Assembly: GCA_046309815.1 (NCBI GenBank)
Contig: JBKCOJ010000007.1
Span: 26,179 to 90,178, forward strand
Source: Pseudomonadota bacterium
GTDB lineage: Bacteria > Pseudomonadota > Alphaproteobacteria > Paracaedibacterales > CAITNM01
Direction of reading: 5' to 3'
DNA length: 64,000 nt
Below, one piece after another: positions 1-9,084 of this stretch. The translations under genes were made by a program, and so were the position numbers. Every line of letters starts with the position of its first letter. Positions within the stretch are counted from its first letter, which is position 1. Below the pieces are notes generated by a model that was not told where the DNA came from, did not search any database, and worked only from the letters and a program-made list of their open reading frames with translations.

Positions 1-1123
1 TGGTGGCCTCGTCTGCTTGGTAAACGTTGAGTGTGTATTTTTTCAACAGCAGGCCATAGCCTAGATCGCTTTTGTGTTTTTCAAATTGTTCAACAGCTGT
101 TTGATTGGTACGATTTTTACGGAGTTCTTGAAGGGCTTGATAGGCCTTTTGACCGCTTTTAATACGAGTAATAGCCTGCGCTTCAAGTTCATTCATACCT
201 GGAATTTCAGTAGAAAACGAGCGCGTGGCGATTATTCCGAGCAGGTAAGGAATTTTAAGTTCAAAGGAATTTTGACGTTTTTGTTGATCGGGAATAGCAA
301 AAACCAAGAGATCAGCTGGTGCTTTTTCGGTATTCCAAACAGCCTCCATGGCGGCAATTTTCATTTTTTGATTTTGGGTGGCCGTGTATCCACTCTCGTC
401 TCCTAGAACAATCACACTTAAAGCGGAAGCAAGACCAAAGCTTACGGCGACGGTCATTGAGCGTTTGGCAAATTCCACGTAACGCTTTTGAAGAAGATAC
501 CAAGCACTAACCGCCATGACAAACACCGCACCGGTTACATAGCCAGCGCTTACGGTGTGGACAAATTTTGATTGAGCAACGGGATTGAAAAAAACATCGT
601 AAAAATTGGTAAGTTCCATGCGCAGCGTATCGACATTAAAGGTAGAACCGACAGGATTTTGCATCCATGCATTGGCGATAAGAATCCAAAGGGCAGAAAA
701 ATTCGTAGCCAACGCGAGGCCCCAAGTGACGCAAAGGTGCGCTTGTTTGGAAAGTTTTTTCCAACCAAAGAAGAAGAGACCAATCAGCGTTGCCTCCAAG
801 AAAAAGGCCATGAGTCCTTCGATGGCAAGGAGTGAGCCGAAAATATCGCCGACGTAATGACTGTAGTAGGCCCAATTGGTGCCGAATTGGAATTCGAGGG
901 TAATGCCGGTGGCAACACCCATAGCGAAATTGATGCCGAACAATAAACCCCAGAATTGCGTCATTTGTTTCCAGATAGGTTTTTGCGTCATCACGTAAAC
1001 GCTTTCCATGATGGCGAGGAGGAGACTGAGGCCTAGGGTGAGAGGCACGAAGAGAAAATGATAGGAAGCCGTGATGGCAAATTGAAGACGCGCGAGCTGG
1101 AGTGCCGTTAATGATTCAAACAT
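1..1123 (-). CDS. cydA: cytochrome bd ubiquinol oxidase subunit I, N-terminal part (gene runs off the left edge)
   Basis: Absent from the ORF track because there is no stop in the window. My reverse translation from ATG 1123-1121 gives MFESLTALQLARLQFAITASYHFLFVPLTLGLS...GITLEFQFGTNWAYYSHYVGDIFG...QNQKMKIAAMEAVW, and the frame stays open to position 1. These are classic CydA N-terminal and Q-loop motifs. Confidence 0.88.
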   Translation of the reverse strand, partial: MFESLTALQLARLQFAITASYHFLFVPLTLGLSLLLAIMESVYVMTQKPIWKQMTQFWGLLFGINFAMGVATGITLEFQFGTNWAYYSHYVGDIFGSLLAIEGLMAFFLEATLIGLFFFGWKKLSKQAHLCVTWGLALATNFSALWILIANAWMQNPVGSTFNVDTLRMELTNFYDVFFNPVAQSKFVHTVSAGYVTGAVFVMAVSAWYLLQKRYVEFAKRSMTVAVSFGLASALSVIVLGDESGYTATQNQKMKIAAMEAVWNTEKAPADLLVFAIPDQQKRQNSFELKIPYLLGIIATRSFSTEIPGMNELEAQAITRIKSGQKAYQALQELRKNRTNQTAVEQFEKHKSDLGYGLLLKKYTLNVYQADEAT

Positions 1124-1254
1124 TAGTTGGTGATGTGCTGAATGACTTGGTTAAAGCTTAGGTCAAAATGAGATTTACGTACATAGATAATTATCAACGT
1201 GAGGATGATGAGTTTAATAATAATAGCGATTTTGAGATCTTTGAATTTAGGCAT
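1123..1254 (-). CDS. small hydrophobic ORF (43 aa) translationally coupled to cydA
   Basis: Below the ORF-track size cutoff. It translates as MPKFKDLKIAIIIKLIILTLIIIYVRKSHFDLSFNQVIQHITN, with one predicted TM helix. Its TAA overlaps the cydA ATG in the sequence TAATG. Confidence 0.3.
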   Translation of the reverse strand: MPKFKDLKIAIIIKLIILTLIIIYVRKSHFDLSFNQVIQHITN

Positions 1255-1300
1255 GTTTTTAAAGCTTGTTAAGACATTTTAAGTCACTATATTACTTAAT

Positions 1301-2965
1301 ATGAATGTATTTTTTGGTATTCTACAAATGGTTTTTAGATTCTTGTGTTTATTGGGGATAGTAAGCTTTAAAATCTTTTCTGTATCATCACCAGAAACAA
1401 TAGAGCTTTGGAATAAAGCCGCGGAAGCTGTTGAATATAACCATTGCTACTGGTATATGGAAACCATTAAGGAGCTTAATAGCACGTTGTCAGGAAAAGT
1501 TGCTCCTGCAGATTTTTTAAGCGTGCATCAATTACCTAAAAGAGAATGGGAATCTGATTCAAGTTTTCAAGAAAGGTTAAAAATTCCTCAATTTTTTTGT
1601 GAAATTGGATGGGAAGGCACCTTATTTTTAATGATCGTACACCAATCTTTTAACGAAATATTTGCTTCAAATAAAGTACCTCCACTTTTGCATCGTCATC
1701 TTAAAGGAAACAAAGATTTTTTGACTAAGCATTTTGTTGATATTCAGCATACAGCTCAAAACGGTCAATTAGGACCAACTCTTTGCTTTATAGCAGCTGG
1801 TGTAGAAAATTCTGTTCATTCTTGGCAGCTTGATTTTATAAATGGTTTTTTCAAATATTGCCAAAAGGAAGGGTTTACTTCATTTGCCAAGTATGTGTTT
1901 GATCACTCTAAAACTTTTTTCACCAATATTACTGATCAATTTCTTTACAGCTTGAGGACAAAATGCATCATCGCTGCTTTAAGAAATCCTAGTTATGGAA
2001 TTAATCCCACAGAGGAAATACGAAATTATCAAAAACTTCACTTAAGACCCGAATATCAAGATGAAATTTTCCAACAATTAGTAGACGCTTTATACTGCAA
2101 ATTAGCTGAACAGGAGAACTATGAATTAATGGATGAAGTGCTGGATGGTTATTCATGGCCACAGCCCTCGACTGATGCAAAAGAATATGCAATGCACAGC
2201 TTGAATCAATCTCTACTTAAGAAAATAGAGCGCAAAAACTATCTGCAAGCTAGAGAAATGTTCGGAAATAGAAACGCATATAGACCATCAGAAAATACCT
2301 TGCATGCTTTTGTTGTAGGTGCAGCACAACATAATAAATGGGATGATGTAGATGACGTATTAGAAAATATGTATAGCGAATCGATCAGAGTGCCTCAACA
2401 CGTAACAGATTTCGTGTTTATTCAATCGATAATATCCGAAAATCCTAAGCATTTTCAGTTGATAACGGGCACCTATCATCTTGGGTATTTAACCGGGGAG
2501 CAATGGATTTATGGACCTCCGTCCCCTGCAGCGTTTGATACGGGATTATTAGAAGCCGTTAAATATAGGCACCAAGGTACATTTGATGTACTTTTAGATG
2601 AGCATGGCGAGCATTTATCAGAAAGTGGATCAAGGGCAGCTTTGGAGCAAGCGGGAAGGCCGACAGAAGTTGTTCGAAGAGCAGATATATTTGATTTATA
2701 TTCACCATTTGATTTATATCTAGCAATCAACCGCATCTTTGAATTTGATGAGAATCATTACCAACAGCGTCTTAAAAGGAAACTTGGAATACCTACAAAC
2801 AGAGAAGAATTAATAAGTATAACAACCTCTGACTCAACAGCGTTCCAGTCAGCTCTCACGCAGAATTTAAGCTCTCTTTATGTTCCTGTTGACGCACAAC
2901 TTACTGCAGAGGCTTTACCTCAGCAGCTCGATTATAATGATGCCAAGTCCAGCAGAGAAAATTAA
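1301..2965 (+). CDS. hypothetical protein with N-terminal signal/anchor; possible PPR/TPR-like helical repeats in the middle
   Basis: 554-aa ORF with hydrophobic N-terminus MNVFFGILQMVFRFLCLLGIVSF. It contains about 35-aa helical units, e.g. KNYLQAREMFGNRNAYRPSENTLHAFVVGAAQH / NKWDDVDDVLENMYSESIRVPQHVTDFVFIQSIIS. I recognised no family. Confidence 0.55.
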   Translation: MNVFFGILQMVFRFLCLLGIVSFKIFSVSSPETIELWNKAAEAVEYNHCYWYMETIKELNSTLSGKVAPADFLSVHQLPKREWESDSSFQERLKIPQFFCEIGWEGTLFLMIVHQSFNEIFASNKVPPLLHRHLKGNKDFLTKHFVDIQHTAQNGQLGPTLCFIAAGVENSVHSWQLDFINGFFKYCQKEGFTSFAKYVFDHSKTFFTNITDQFLYSLRTKCIIAALRNPSYGINPTEEIRNYQKLHLRPEYQDEIFQQLVDALYCKLAEQENYELMDEVLDGYSWPQPSTDAKEYAMHSLNQSLLKKIERKNYLQAREMFGNRNAYRPSENTLHAFVVGAAQHNKWDDVDDVLENMYSESIRVPQHVTDFVFIQSIISENPKHFQLITGTYHLGYLTGEQWIYGPPSPAAFDTGLLEAVKYRHQGTFDVLLDEHGEHLSESGSRAALEQAGRPTEVVRRADIFDLYSPFDLYLAINRIFEFDENHYQQRLKRKLGIPTNREELISITTSDSTAFQSALTQNLSSLYVPVDAQLTAEALPQQLDYNDAKSSREN

Positions 2966-4162
2966 GGCAAGTGCGACATTGCCCCCTACCACTGTGTACG
3001 GAGCGGTGCCGCCTACTTGACGCATTTTATAGGCCACCGCCGCTGGCATAATCACCGCTAAAATACTGAGGGCGATTGCGGCGTATCCTAAGGCGATGAT
3101 GAAACCATTTGGATAGAACAACGCAAAAAATAGCGGCGGCAAGAAGGTAAGAAGTGACGTTTGAAAGCGCTGACCTTTTGTGTCGCCTTTTTTAAGACTT
3201 TCAGCCAAGTAATCGAATAGGCCGATAGCCACGCCTAAGAAGGACGTTGATACACCAAAGAACGCAAAGATATTTGAGAAGTATTCAATGGTGCTGCCTT
3301 GCGTTGCCTGATTTAAATGGCTAATAAAGGAAGCAACGTTTTGTTCTTCTGCGGTTGTTGTAATGGTTGGCAATACACCAAGGGTAACGACTTGCCAGAC
3401 CAAGTAGATAAATAATGGCGTAACGCTACCAACGATAATCACTTTTCGTAAATAATTAACGTTAGGCCCGACATAGTTAATGAGTGTTGGAATACTTCCA
3501 TGAAAACCAAAAGACGTAAAAAATAGGGGAATCGCCAGCCATGTAGCGCTTGGCTCACTGCCCGGGTGCATTAAGCACTCGGATTTCACAAATGGGATCA
3601 GGGCAAATACCAAGCAAAAGAAAATGCTGACTTTGACAAATAACAAAAAGCGGTTTGCGTAATCGACATGTTTCGTGGAGGAATACACAACAACGCCAAG
3701 ACCTGCAGCAAATGCGGCAGCCATTGTTTGGAATGGAACTGAAATGCCTGCAATACTTTCAATGCCTGCTTTTAAAAACGAGGCTCCTCCAGTTGTGTAA
3801 GCAGCAAGCAGCGCATAGAACAAAAGACCAATACTTGCGGAAGCGATCCATTTGCCAACTTTTCCAAAAATTTTTTCGGCTAAATAAGAAATGCTATAGC
3901 CACCACCCATGCGCAGGTTGATTTCAAGGCTAACAAGCGCTGCAAAGCAGGTGAACATCCACATACCAATAAGCAGTAATGAGCTATACAAGAAACCTGC
4001 TTTTCCAGAGGTCATAGGCAGCGCTAGCATACCTGCTCCAAATGTCGTGCCGGCAACAATTAAGGTTGCTCCGATGAATCGGCTTTTTGAGGAGTCGTGC
4101 GCACTTCCTTTTTTATTACGATTTTGGGCAACGGGTTTGGTGGATTTTGCGGCGCTTTTCAT
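2915..4162 (-). CDS. aromatic amino acid permease (Tyr/Trp-type, HAAAP family)
   Basis: 415-aa polytopic membrane protein. The N-terminal motif FIGATLIVAGTTFGAGMLALPMTSGKAGF is typical of TyrP/Mtr-type permeases. Its 3' end overlaps the convergent 1301..2965 ORF by 51 nt. Confidence 0.78.
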   Translation of the reverse strand: MKSAAKSTKPVAQNRNKKGSAHDSSKSRFIGATLIVAGTTFGAGMLALPMTSGKAGFLYSSLLLIGMWMFTCFAALVSLEINLRMGGGYSISYLAEKIFGKVGKWIASASIGLLFYALLAAYTTGGASFLKAGIESIAGISVPFQTMAAAFAAGLGVVVYSSTKHVDYANRFLLFVKVSIFFCLVFALIPFVKSECLMHPGSEPSATWLAIPLFFTSFGFHGSIPTLINYVGPNVNYLRKVIIVGSVTPLFIYLVWQVVTLGVLPTITTTAEEQNVASFISHLNQATQGSTIEYFSNIFAFFGVSTSFLGVAIGLFDYLAESLKKGDTKGQRFQTSLLTFLPPLFFALFYPNGFIIALGYAAIALSILAVIMPAAVAYKMRQVGGTAPYTVVGGNVALALIFSAGLGIIIIELLR

Positions 4163-4235
4163 TACTCATTACTCAGATGTTTTTTTGTATGTTAGGATGT
4201 TTCCATAAAGAAAATCTAGATAAAATTTTTAGAGC

Positions 4236-4640
4236 ATGAAGCTTGTCGATTTTTGGGCGTGTTTACCTGGAGAGTGGTTATTTGAACGAAATATCTCAAA
4301 TGGTCTACATCAAACTGGTGTTTTAAAAGTAGAAGAGATCGACTCTACTCTTTGTCAGGCTCATGAAACTGGCAGATATACTGATAGCCATCAAGTGTTT
4401 TTTCGAAATTATCGCTTTGAATGGGCGAATGATTCTCTCAACATTTTTGGTGAGAACCCTAAGGAGGGGTTTGTGCTGCTGCATGAGTTAAGCGATGCAA
4501 AAAAATGGCACGTGCATAAGTGCAATAAGGATTTTTATGAATTTGAATTACATGAGGTTGGCGAGCAACGTTGGCACACGGTTATTACTATTACCGGACC
4601 AAAAAAGGCCTTGCAGTTGGTGACAGAATATAAGAGATAG
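4236..4640 (+). CDS. hypothetical cytosolic protein
   Basis: 134-aa ORF with no signal peptide. The motif HKCNKDFYEFEL...W..VITITGPKK vaguely recalls small beta-barrel DUF proteins. No secure assignment. Confidence 0.5.
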   Translation: MKLVDFWACLPGEWLFERNISNGLHQTGVLKVEEIDSTLCQAHETGRYTDSHQVFFRNYRFEWANDSLNIFGENPKEGFVLLHELSDAKKWHVHKCNKDFYEFELHEVGEQRWHTVITITGPKKALQLVTEYKR

Positions 4641-4643
4641 TTT

Positions 4644-4677
4644 CACTGGGTACAGCGATCAAGCCGCGGGACGTCAG
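4644..4677 (+). repeat. dispersed hairpin repeat, H3 subtype
   Basis: cactgggtacagcgatcaagccgcgggacgtcag. Confidence 0.6.
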
Positions 4678-4897
4678 AAAAACGGGTGCGTTAAAAATAT
4701 ATAAAATTAAACGTTGATCATAATGATTTTTTGTATTGGCATATTCGTTCTAACATTTTTTTAAAGAAAGTTTATGTACACTCGAATACCCACAATACTA
4801 ATCATCCTATTTTTTAAGCTCTTTAGCCTTGTTGCAGCAGTTCATTGGAATAACCACCCTGAAATAATAGACACAGAAGACAAGATATAAACTTAGT

Positions 4898-5392
4898 TTG
4901 AATTACGATGGAAGTGTCTATAGTCAGCAACCTGGTAATTATTATCTGATGAAGGATCTTCCTCAACGAAGCGCAATGGCTTTTGATCAAAACATTACCG
5001 TTGATCAATATAATTCCAAAGAGTATCAATTGCATTTGCTGGGAGAAATTTTACGCCGTAAAGCCGTTGACCCTTATAGAAATAATTTAGTTGATGAATT
5101 TAGCCGCATTCCAGTGGCGACAGGAATCGTGATGGCGACACAGTTAATTCGAGGTGGACAAGACCCAGATATTTTAAATCGATTTTGGAAAAAAGACGAG
5201 GCATACCATTTATTCTCTAGCACTTATGCCGTAAGAAGAGATAATTTTAATGCACTAACGCTTAGATACCTAAATCGCTATGGCATTCCGGTTGATAATG
5301 CAGAGCTTATCAAAAAGACTATAAATATGCATGCAGCGGAAGTATTTGGGTATGAAGACTATGAAAGTGCCCTTGATTCACTTTTTGTATAA
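4898..5392 (+). CDS. hypothetical protein (body of a possibly frameshifted secreted-protein gene)
   Basis: 164-aa ORF starting at TTG. A 38-codon ORF encoding a signal peptide (4774..4890) ends 7 nt upstream in another frame. Confidence 0.5.
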   Translation: MNYDGSVYSQQPGNYYLMKDLPQRSAMAFDQNITVDQYNSKEYQLHLLGEILRRKAVDPYRNNLVDEFSRIPVATGIVMATQLIRGGQDPDILNRFWKKDEAYHLFSSTYAVRRDNFNALTLRYLNRYGIPVDNAELIKKTINMHAAEVFGYEDYESALDSLFV

Positions 5393-5408
5393 GTTTAAAT
5401 ATTGAAAT

Positions 5409-5446
5409 CACTCATTGGGCCCCGTTTTTCAACGGGGCGTCTATTT
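5409..5446 (+). repeat. dispersed hairpin repeat, H1 subtype (also terminator-like between convergent genes)
   Basis: cactcattgggccccgtttttcaacggggcgtctattt. Confidence 0.7.
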
Positions 5447-5464
5447 AGGTGCTAATAAAGATAA

Positions 5465-6019
5465 CTACCCAAGCAACTTCTTTGCTGTTTCAATAACGCC
5501 CTCAAGAGTGCTTTCGATATGCAAGAATTGTTCGTGTTCTTTGCGTGCAAAATCTTCGTTGATAATGTGATGAAATAGGGAAACTAGGGGATCCCAGTAG
5601 CCATCGATATTAGCAAGAATGATAGGTTTTTGGTGGATATTCAGTTGGCGCCATGTAAAGATTTCAAAAAACTCGTCTAAGGTGCCAAAACCGCCTGGCA
5701 TGATGACAAAAGCATCAGCCTGTTGAGCCATTTGATGCTTGCGCGTGTGCATTGTATCAACGACAAATACCTGATCTAGACCGTCCTGCACGCCTTCACG
5801 ATTATCTAATTGGTGTGTGGTAATGCCAATAACGTGACCACCGTTTGCTATAACTGCGTTTGAAACGCGACCCATCAAACCAAAACGCCCTCCCCCATAC
5901 ACCATATTAAAGCCATTCGTTGCAATGAGTTTTCCAAAATCTTCCGCCGCCTTGTAATACTGAGGGTTAACACGTTCAGAGGCGCCACAATAGACGCAGA
6001 GATATTTGCCTTTAATCAT
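5465..6019 (-). CDS. LOG family protein (cytokinin riboside 5'-monophosphate phosphoribohydrolase-like, TIGR00730-type)
   Basis: The motifs VYGGGRFGLMG and PGGFGTLDEFFE are the LOG-family signatures. Confidence 0.85.
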   Translation of the reverse strand: MIKGKYLCVYCGASERVNPQYYKAAEDFGKLIATNGFNMVYGGGRFGLMGRVSNAVIANGGHVIGITTHQLDNREGVQDGLDQVFVVDTMHTRKHQMAQQADAFVIMPGGFGTLDEFFEIFTWRQLNIHQKPIILANIDGYWDPLVSLFHHIINEDFARKEHEQFLHIESTLEGVIETAKKLLG

Positions 6020-6133
6020 TCTTTATCCTTAATCTTTTCTAGTTCTTCCCACTAGACAAAGGTTTTTGTTCTGTCCCAGAATGACAAAGAGTACTTAAAA
6101 ATTTATTAAAAAGCTAATTTTCAAGGAACGCGC

Positions 6134-8245
6134 GTGTCAGCTGGTGAAATACTCTCAATCAAAATAAACACTTCGTTTGGAGATGGAGCTTTTGTTATTC
6201 AGCAGGCTGTTATTGAGGAAGCGCTATCAGAGCCATATCTTATTGATGTGTATGCATCCACGATGCTTTCTAGTTTTGATGGGGATGACCTGATTTATAC
6301 TAAAGCTGGTATTATTTTCGAAGTCTATGGCGGGAATGATCCCTCAGCTAAAAAGGAAGAGCGCTCTTACCAGGGTATAATCACCCATATGGAACACGTG
6401 CGAACGATTTTTGATGAAAAAAAACAAGTAACACATTTTTTTCATTTTCAAATACGGCCACTTTTTTGGATGTTAAAGCACAGCCGAGATCATCGAATTT
6501 TTCAAGAACAATCAGCGATTGATATTATTCAAACAATTTTTAGAGAAAATGGTTTGTCGGATTTTAAAATACAAGCATCTGGAGGCACGCAAGCACGAGA
6601 ATATTGCGTGCAGTATGGGGAAAGTCATTATGATTTCGTCTCACGATTACTAGAAGAAGAAGGCATTGGGTATTATTTTGTGCATGGTGATTCAGCGCAC
6701 ACGATGGTTCTGTTTGATAGTAATTCAAGTTTTGTGGGTATTGCGCAGGGAAGTTTGCCGTTTTTAAATATCGATACAGAGGGAGCTTTTGTGGATCATG
6801 TGGTTGCGTTTGGGAAAAAATCGCAAGTAGCTGCCAAGGCTTATAAAACTATTGATTACAACTACACGACACCTAATACGCAATTGTTAGGTAACAGCAC
6901 AGGAGCTGGATTTGGCGAGGAAATTTATGAATATCCCGGACTTTTTCAACAATCATCCGTTGGTGCCAAGCTTGCCGACCAGCGCATGGAAGAAATTGAA
7001 TGGTTTACAAAACGTGTGTATGGAAAATCATCCTGTGCAAGTTTAGCACCTGGAACAACGTTTACTCTGGCAGAACATCCTATTACACAGTACAACGCAG
7101 CTTATGCGGTTTCTTATGTAAAGCATGAACTTATTGCGCAGCCTACTGATGAGCACGATACCGATTCGTTTGCTTTAACATACACGAATTCGTTTGAAGG
7201 TTTTTTAAAAACAATTCCTTACAGGCCTTACCGAAAAACGCTGAAACCCCGAATTTATGGTTCACAAACAGCTTTTGTAACGGGAGCCGGCACAGAAGTT
7301 TATGGAGACGCGATGGCGCGCATCAAAGTTAAGTTTCATTGGGATTTGAAAAATCCAAACGATGAAACAAGTTCCCTGTGGGTGCGCGTAAGTCAATCAT
7401 TGAGTGGTGCAAGTTGGGGAGCACTTTACATGCCACGAATTGGTATGGAAGTTGTAGTATCTTTTATCGATGGTGATCCTGATAGACCATTGGTAACAGG
7501 ATGCGTGTACAATCAAGCCTTTATGCCACCCTACTCTCCTAAAGATTCACCTCATTATATGACCTTAAAAAGCAAGACTTTTGACGATGATACGGGAAGT
7601 AATGAATTGCGCTTTAGCGATGAAAAAGGCAAAGAAGAAATCTATTTGCACGGCCAATATGATATGAATACGGTTATTGAGCATAGCCGCACGGAAGATA
7701 TTAAAACGGGTGATGATTCTTTAACTCTTGATGCAGGTGACAAACTTATTCATCAAAAGGGTGATGGCACTATGTTTTTGACGCTTATCGATAGTGGAAA
7801 TCTCACCACTACTCTTAAAAAAGGAAATGTAGTCATTGACGTGAATGGTACTGTTCTTATTAAGGCCACCAAGGCAATTACGGTTACGACACCTGATAGC
7901 ATTACGATCAATGCCGGAAAAAATATCACGATGAAGGCTGGTGAGAATATTGTGATGAATGCTGGAAAAAGTATCCAAAAAAAGGCGGGACAAAATATTC
8001 AATCAACCGCTGGGAAAAGCATTCAAGAAAAAGCCAAAAAAATTCAAGAAAATGCGAGTGCCCAAATTCAACTGAAAACTGCCTCCATGCAGGCAAAAGC
8101 AGGAACATTGATTCAGCTAAAATCTGGAACAGCTTTTAAAGCAAATGCAGGTGCCATAATGGAGATTAAAAGTGGTGGCATGATTAAAGCGGAAGGCGCT
8201 GCTGTTGGTATGTTTAAGGGTGCTATTACGAAGCTTGGAGGCTAA
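6134..8245 (+). CDS. vgrG: type VI secretion system spike protein VgrG (TssI)
   Basis: 703 aa with a GTG start. It carries gp27/gp5-like motifs RIKVKFHWD and WVRVSQSLSGASWGALYMPRIGMEVVVSFIDGDPDRPLVTGCVYN. The C-terminus has beta-helix repeats AGKNITMKAGENIVMNAGKSIQKKAGQNIQ. Confidence 0.92.
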   Translation: MSAGEILSIKINTSFGDGAFVIQQAVIEEALSEPYLIDVYASTMLSSFDGDDLIYTKAGIIFEVYGGNDPSAKKEERSYQGIITHMEHVRTIFDEKKQVTHFFHFQIRPLFWMLKHSRDHRIFQEQSAIDIIQTIFRENGLSDFKIQASGGTQAREYCVQYGESHYDFVSRLLEEEGIGYYFVHGDSAHTMVLFDSNSSFVGIAQGSLPFLNIDTEGAFVDHVVAFGKKSQVAAKAYKTIDYNYTTPNTQLLGNSTGAGFGEEIYEYPGLFQQSSVGAKLADQRMEEIEWFTKRVYGKSSCASLAPGTTFTLAEHPITQYNAAYAVSYVKHELIAQPTDEHDTDSFALTYTNSFEGFLKTIPYRPYRKTLKPRIYGSQTAFVTGAGTEVYGDAMARIKVKFHWDLKNPNDETSSLWVRVSQSLSGASWGALYMPRIGMEVVVSFIDGDPDRPLVTGCVYNQAFMPPYSPKDSPHYMTLKSKTFDDDTGSNELRFSDEKGKEEIYLHGQYDMNTVIEHSRTEDIKTGDDSLTLDAGDKLIHQKGDGTMFLTLIDSGNLTTTLKKGNVVIDVNGTVLIKATKAITVTTPDSITINAGKNITMKAGENIVMNAGKSIQKKAGQNIQSTAGKSIQEKAKKIQENASAQIQLKTASMQAKAGTLIQLKSGTAFKANAGAIMEIKSGGMIKAEGAAVGMFKGAITKLGG

Positions 8246-8247
8246 TA

Positions 8248-9036
8248 ATGAGTATTGAAGCACAACAGCAAATAGAAGCAACAGAGGAGCCACACGCATC
8301 AAATTCAAATACCGAAGCTCCACCAGCTGAAAGTGCAGTTCCTAAAGAACAAGCTACGGATAAATCGCCTGTAAAAAAAAGTCCCATTAAAGAATTAGCA
8401 GAACAGGCAGCGAATCATAATGCCGGGGTGGCTCATGATGGTAAGCTAACCTATACACCCGGATATGAAAAAGATTTTCAAGAAAATGCAGAGATTCATG
8501 AAGAAGATGATGAGAGCGAAGAAGAAGAGGATGACGACGATGACCCCAAGGAAGATCCTCATGCCCCGGAACATGAAGTAAAAACACAAAAAATTGGATC
8601 AAAAACACTGCAAACGGAATTATCGAGAGGACTCAAGCAAGGCCTTACAAGCATCAAGACAAAAGATGGACATTACGAAATGCAGGCGCACTATGTAAAA
8701 GACAAGCTTGATGGATTAACGACGTATTACTTTGCTAATGGAAAAGTTGAGCGCGAAATTCATTTCAAGCATGGAAAAATGCATGGGTCGATGAAGGCTT
8801 TTCATGAGAATGGCCTACCCTCGATGGATGTGGAGTATGAAGATGGACTGATGCATGGCACCACCATCGTTTATGATGATTTTGGGCAAAAACAGGTAGA
8901 GTCGCATTACCAAAAAGGCAAATTGCATGGCGATACGATTGTATTTTCAAATGGAAAACCGTATCTGAAGAAGACATACCACGAAGGTAAAGAAACGCAC
9001 CAGGAATACGACGCCAGTGCAGCACATAGTTGTTAA
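8248..9036 (+). CDS. MORN-variant (YwqK-like) repeat protein with polyacidic N-terminal region
   Basis: It starts 2 nt after the vgrG stop. An acidic tract EEDDESEEEEDDDDDPKED is followed by about 23-aa repeats: YYFANGKVEREIHFKHGKMHGSMKAFHENGLPSMDVEYEDGLMHGTTIVYDDFGQKQVESHYQKGKLHG. Confidence 0.7.
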   Translation: MSIEAQQQIEATEEPHASNSNTEAPPAESAVPKEQATDKSPVKKSPIKELAEQAANHNAGVAHDGKLTYTPGYEKDFQENAEIHEEDDESEEEEDDDDDPKEDPHAPEHEVKTQKIGSKTLQTELSRGLKQGLTSIKTKDGHYEMQAHYVKDKLDGLTTYYFANGKVEREIHFKHGKMHGSMKAFHENGLPSMDVEYEDGLMHGTTIVYDDFGQKQVESHYQKGKLHGDTIVFSNGKPYLKKTYHEGKETHQEYDASAAHSC

Positions 9037-9084
9037 GGCGTGATTTGTTACTTATAATAAAACAAAAATAGTTGAGAAACCCCA

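Noticed and set aside
74-875. Seven small track ORFs (63-110 aa) on both strands at the left edge
   Set aside because: All lie inside the long open cydA frame on the minus strand, whose translation is unmistakably CydA. They are shadow ORFs.
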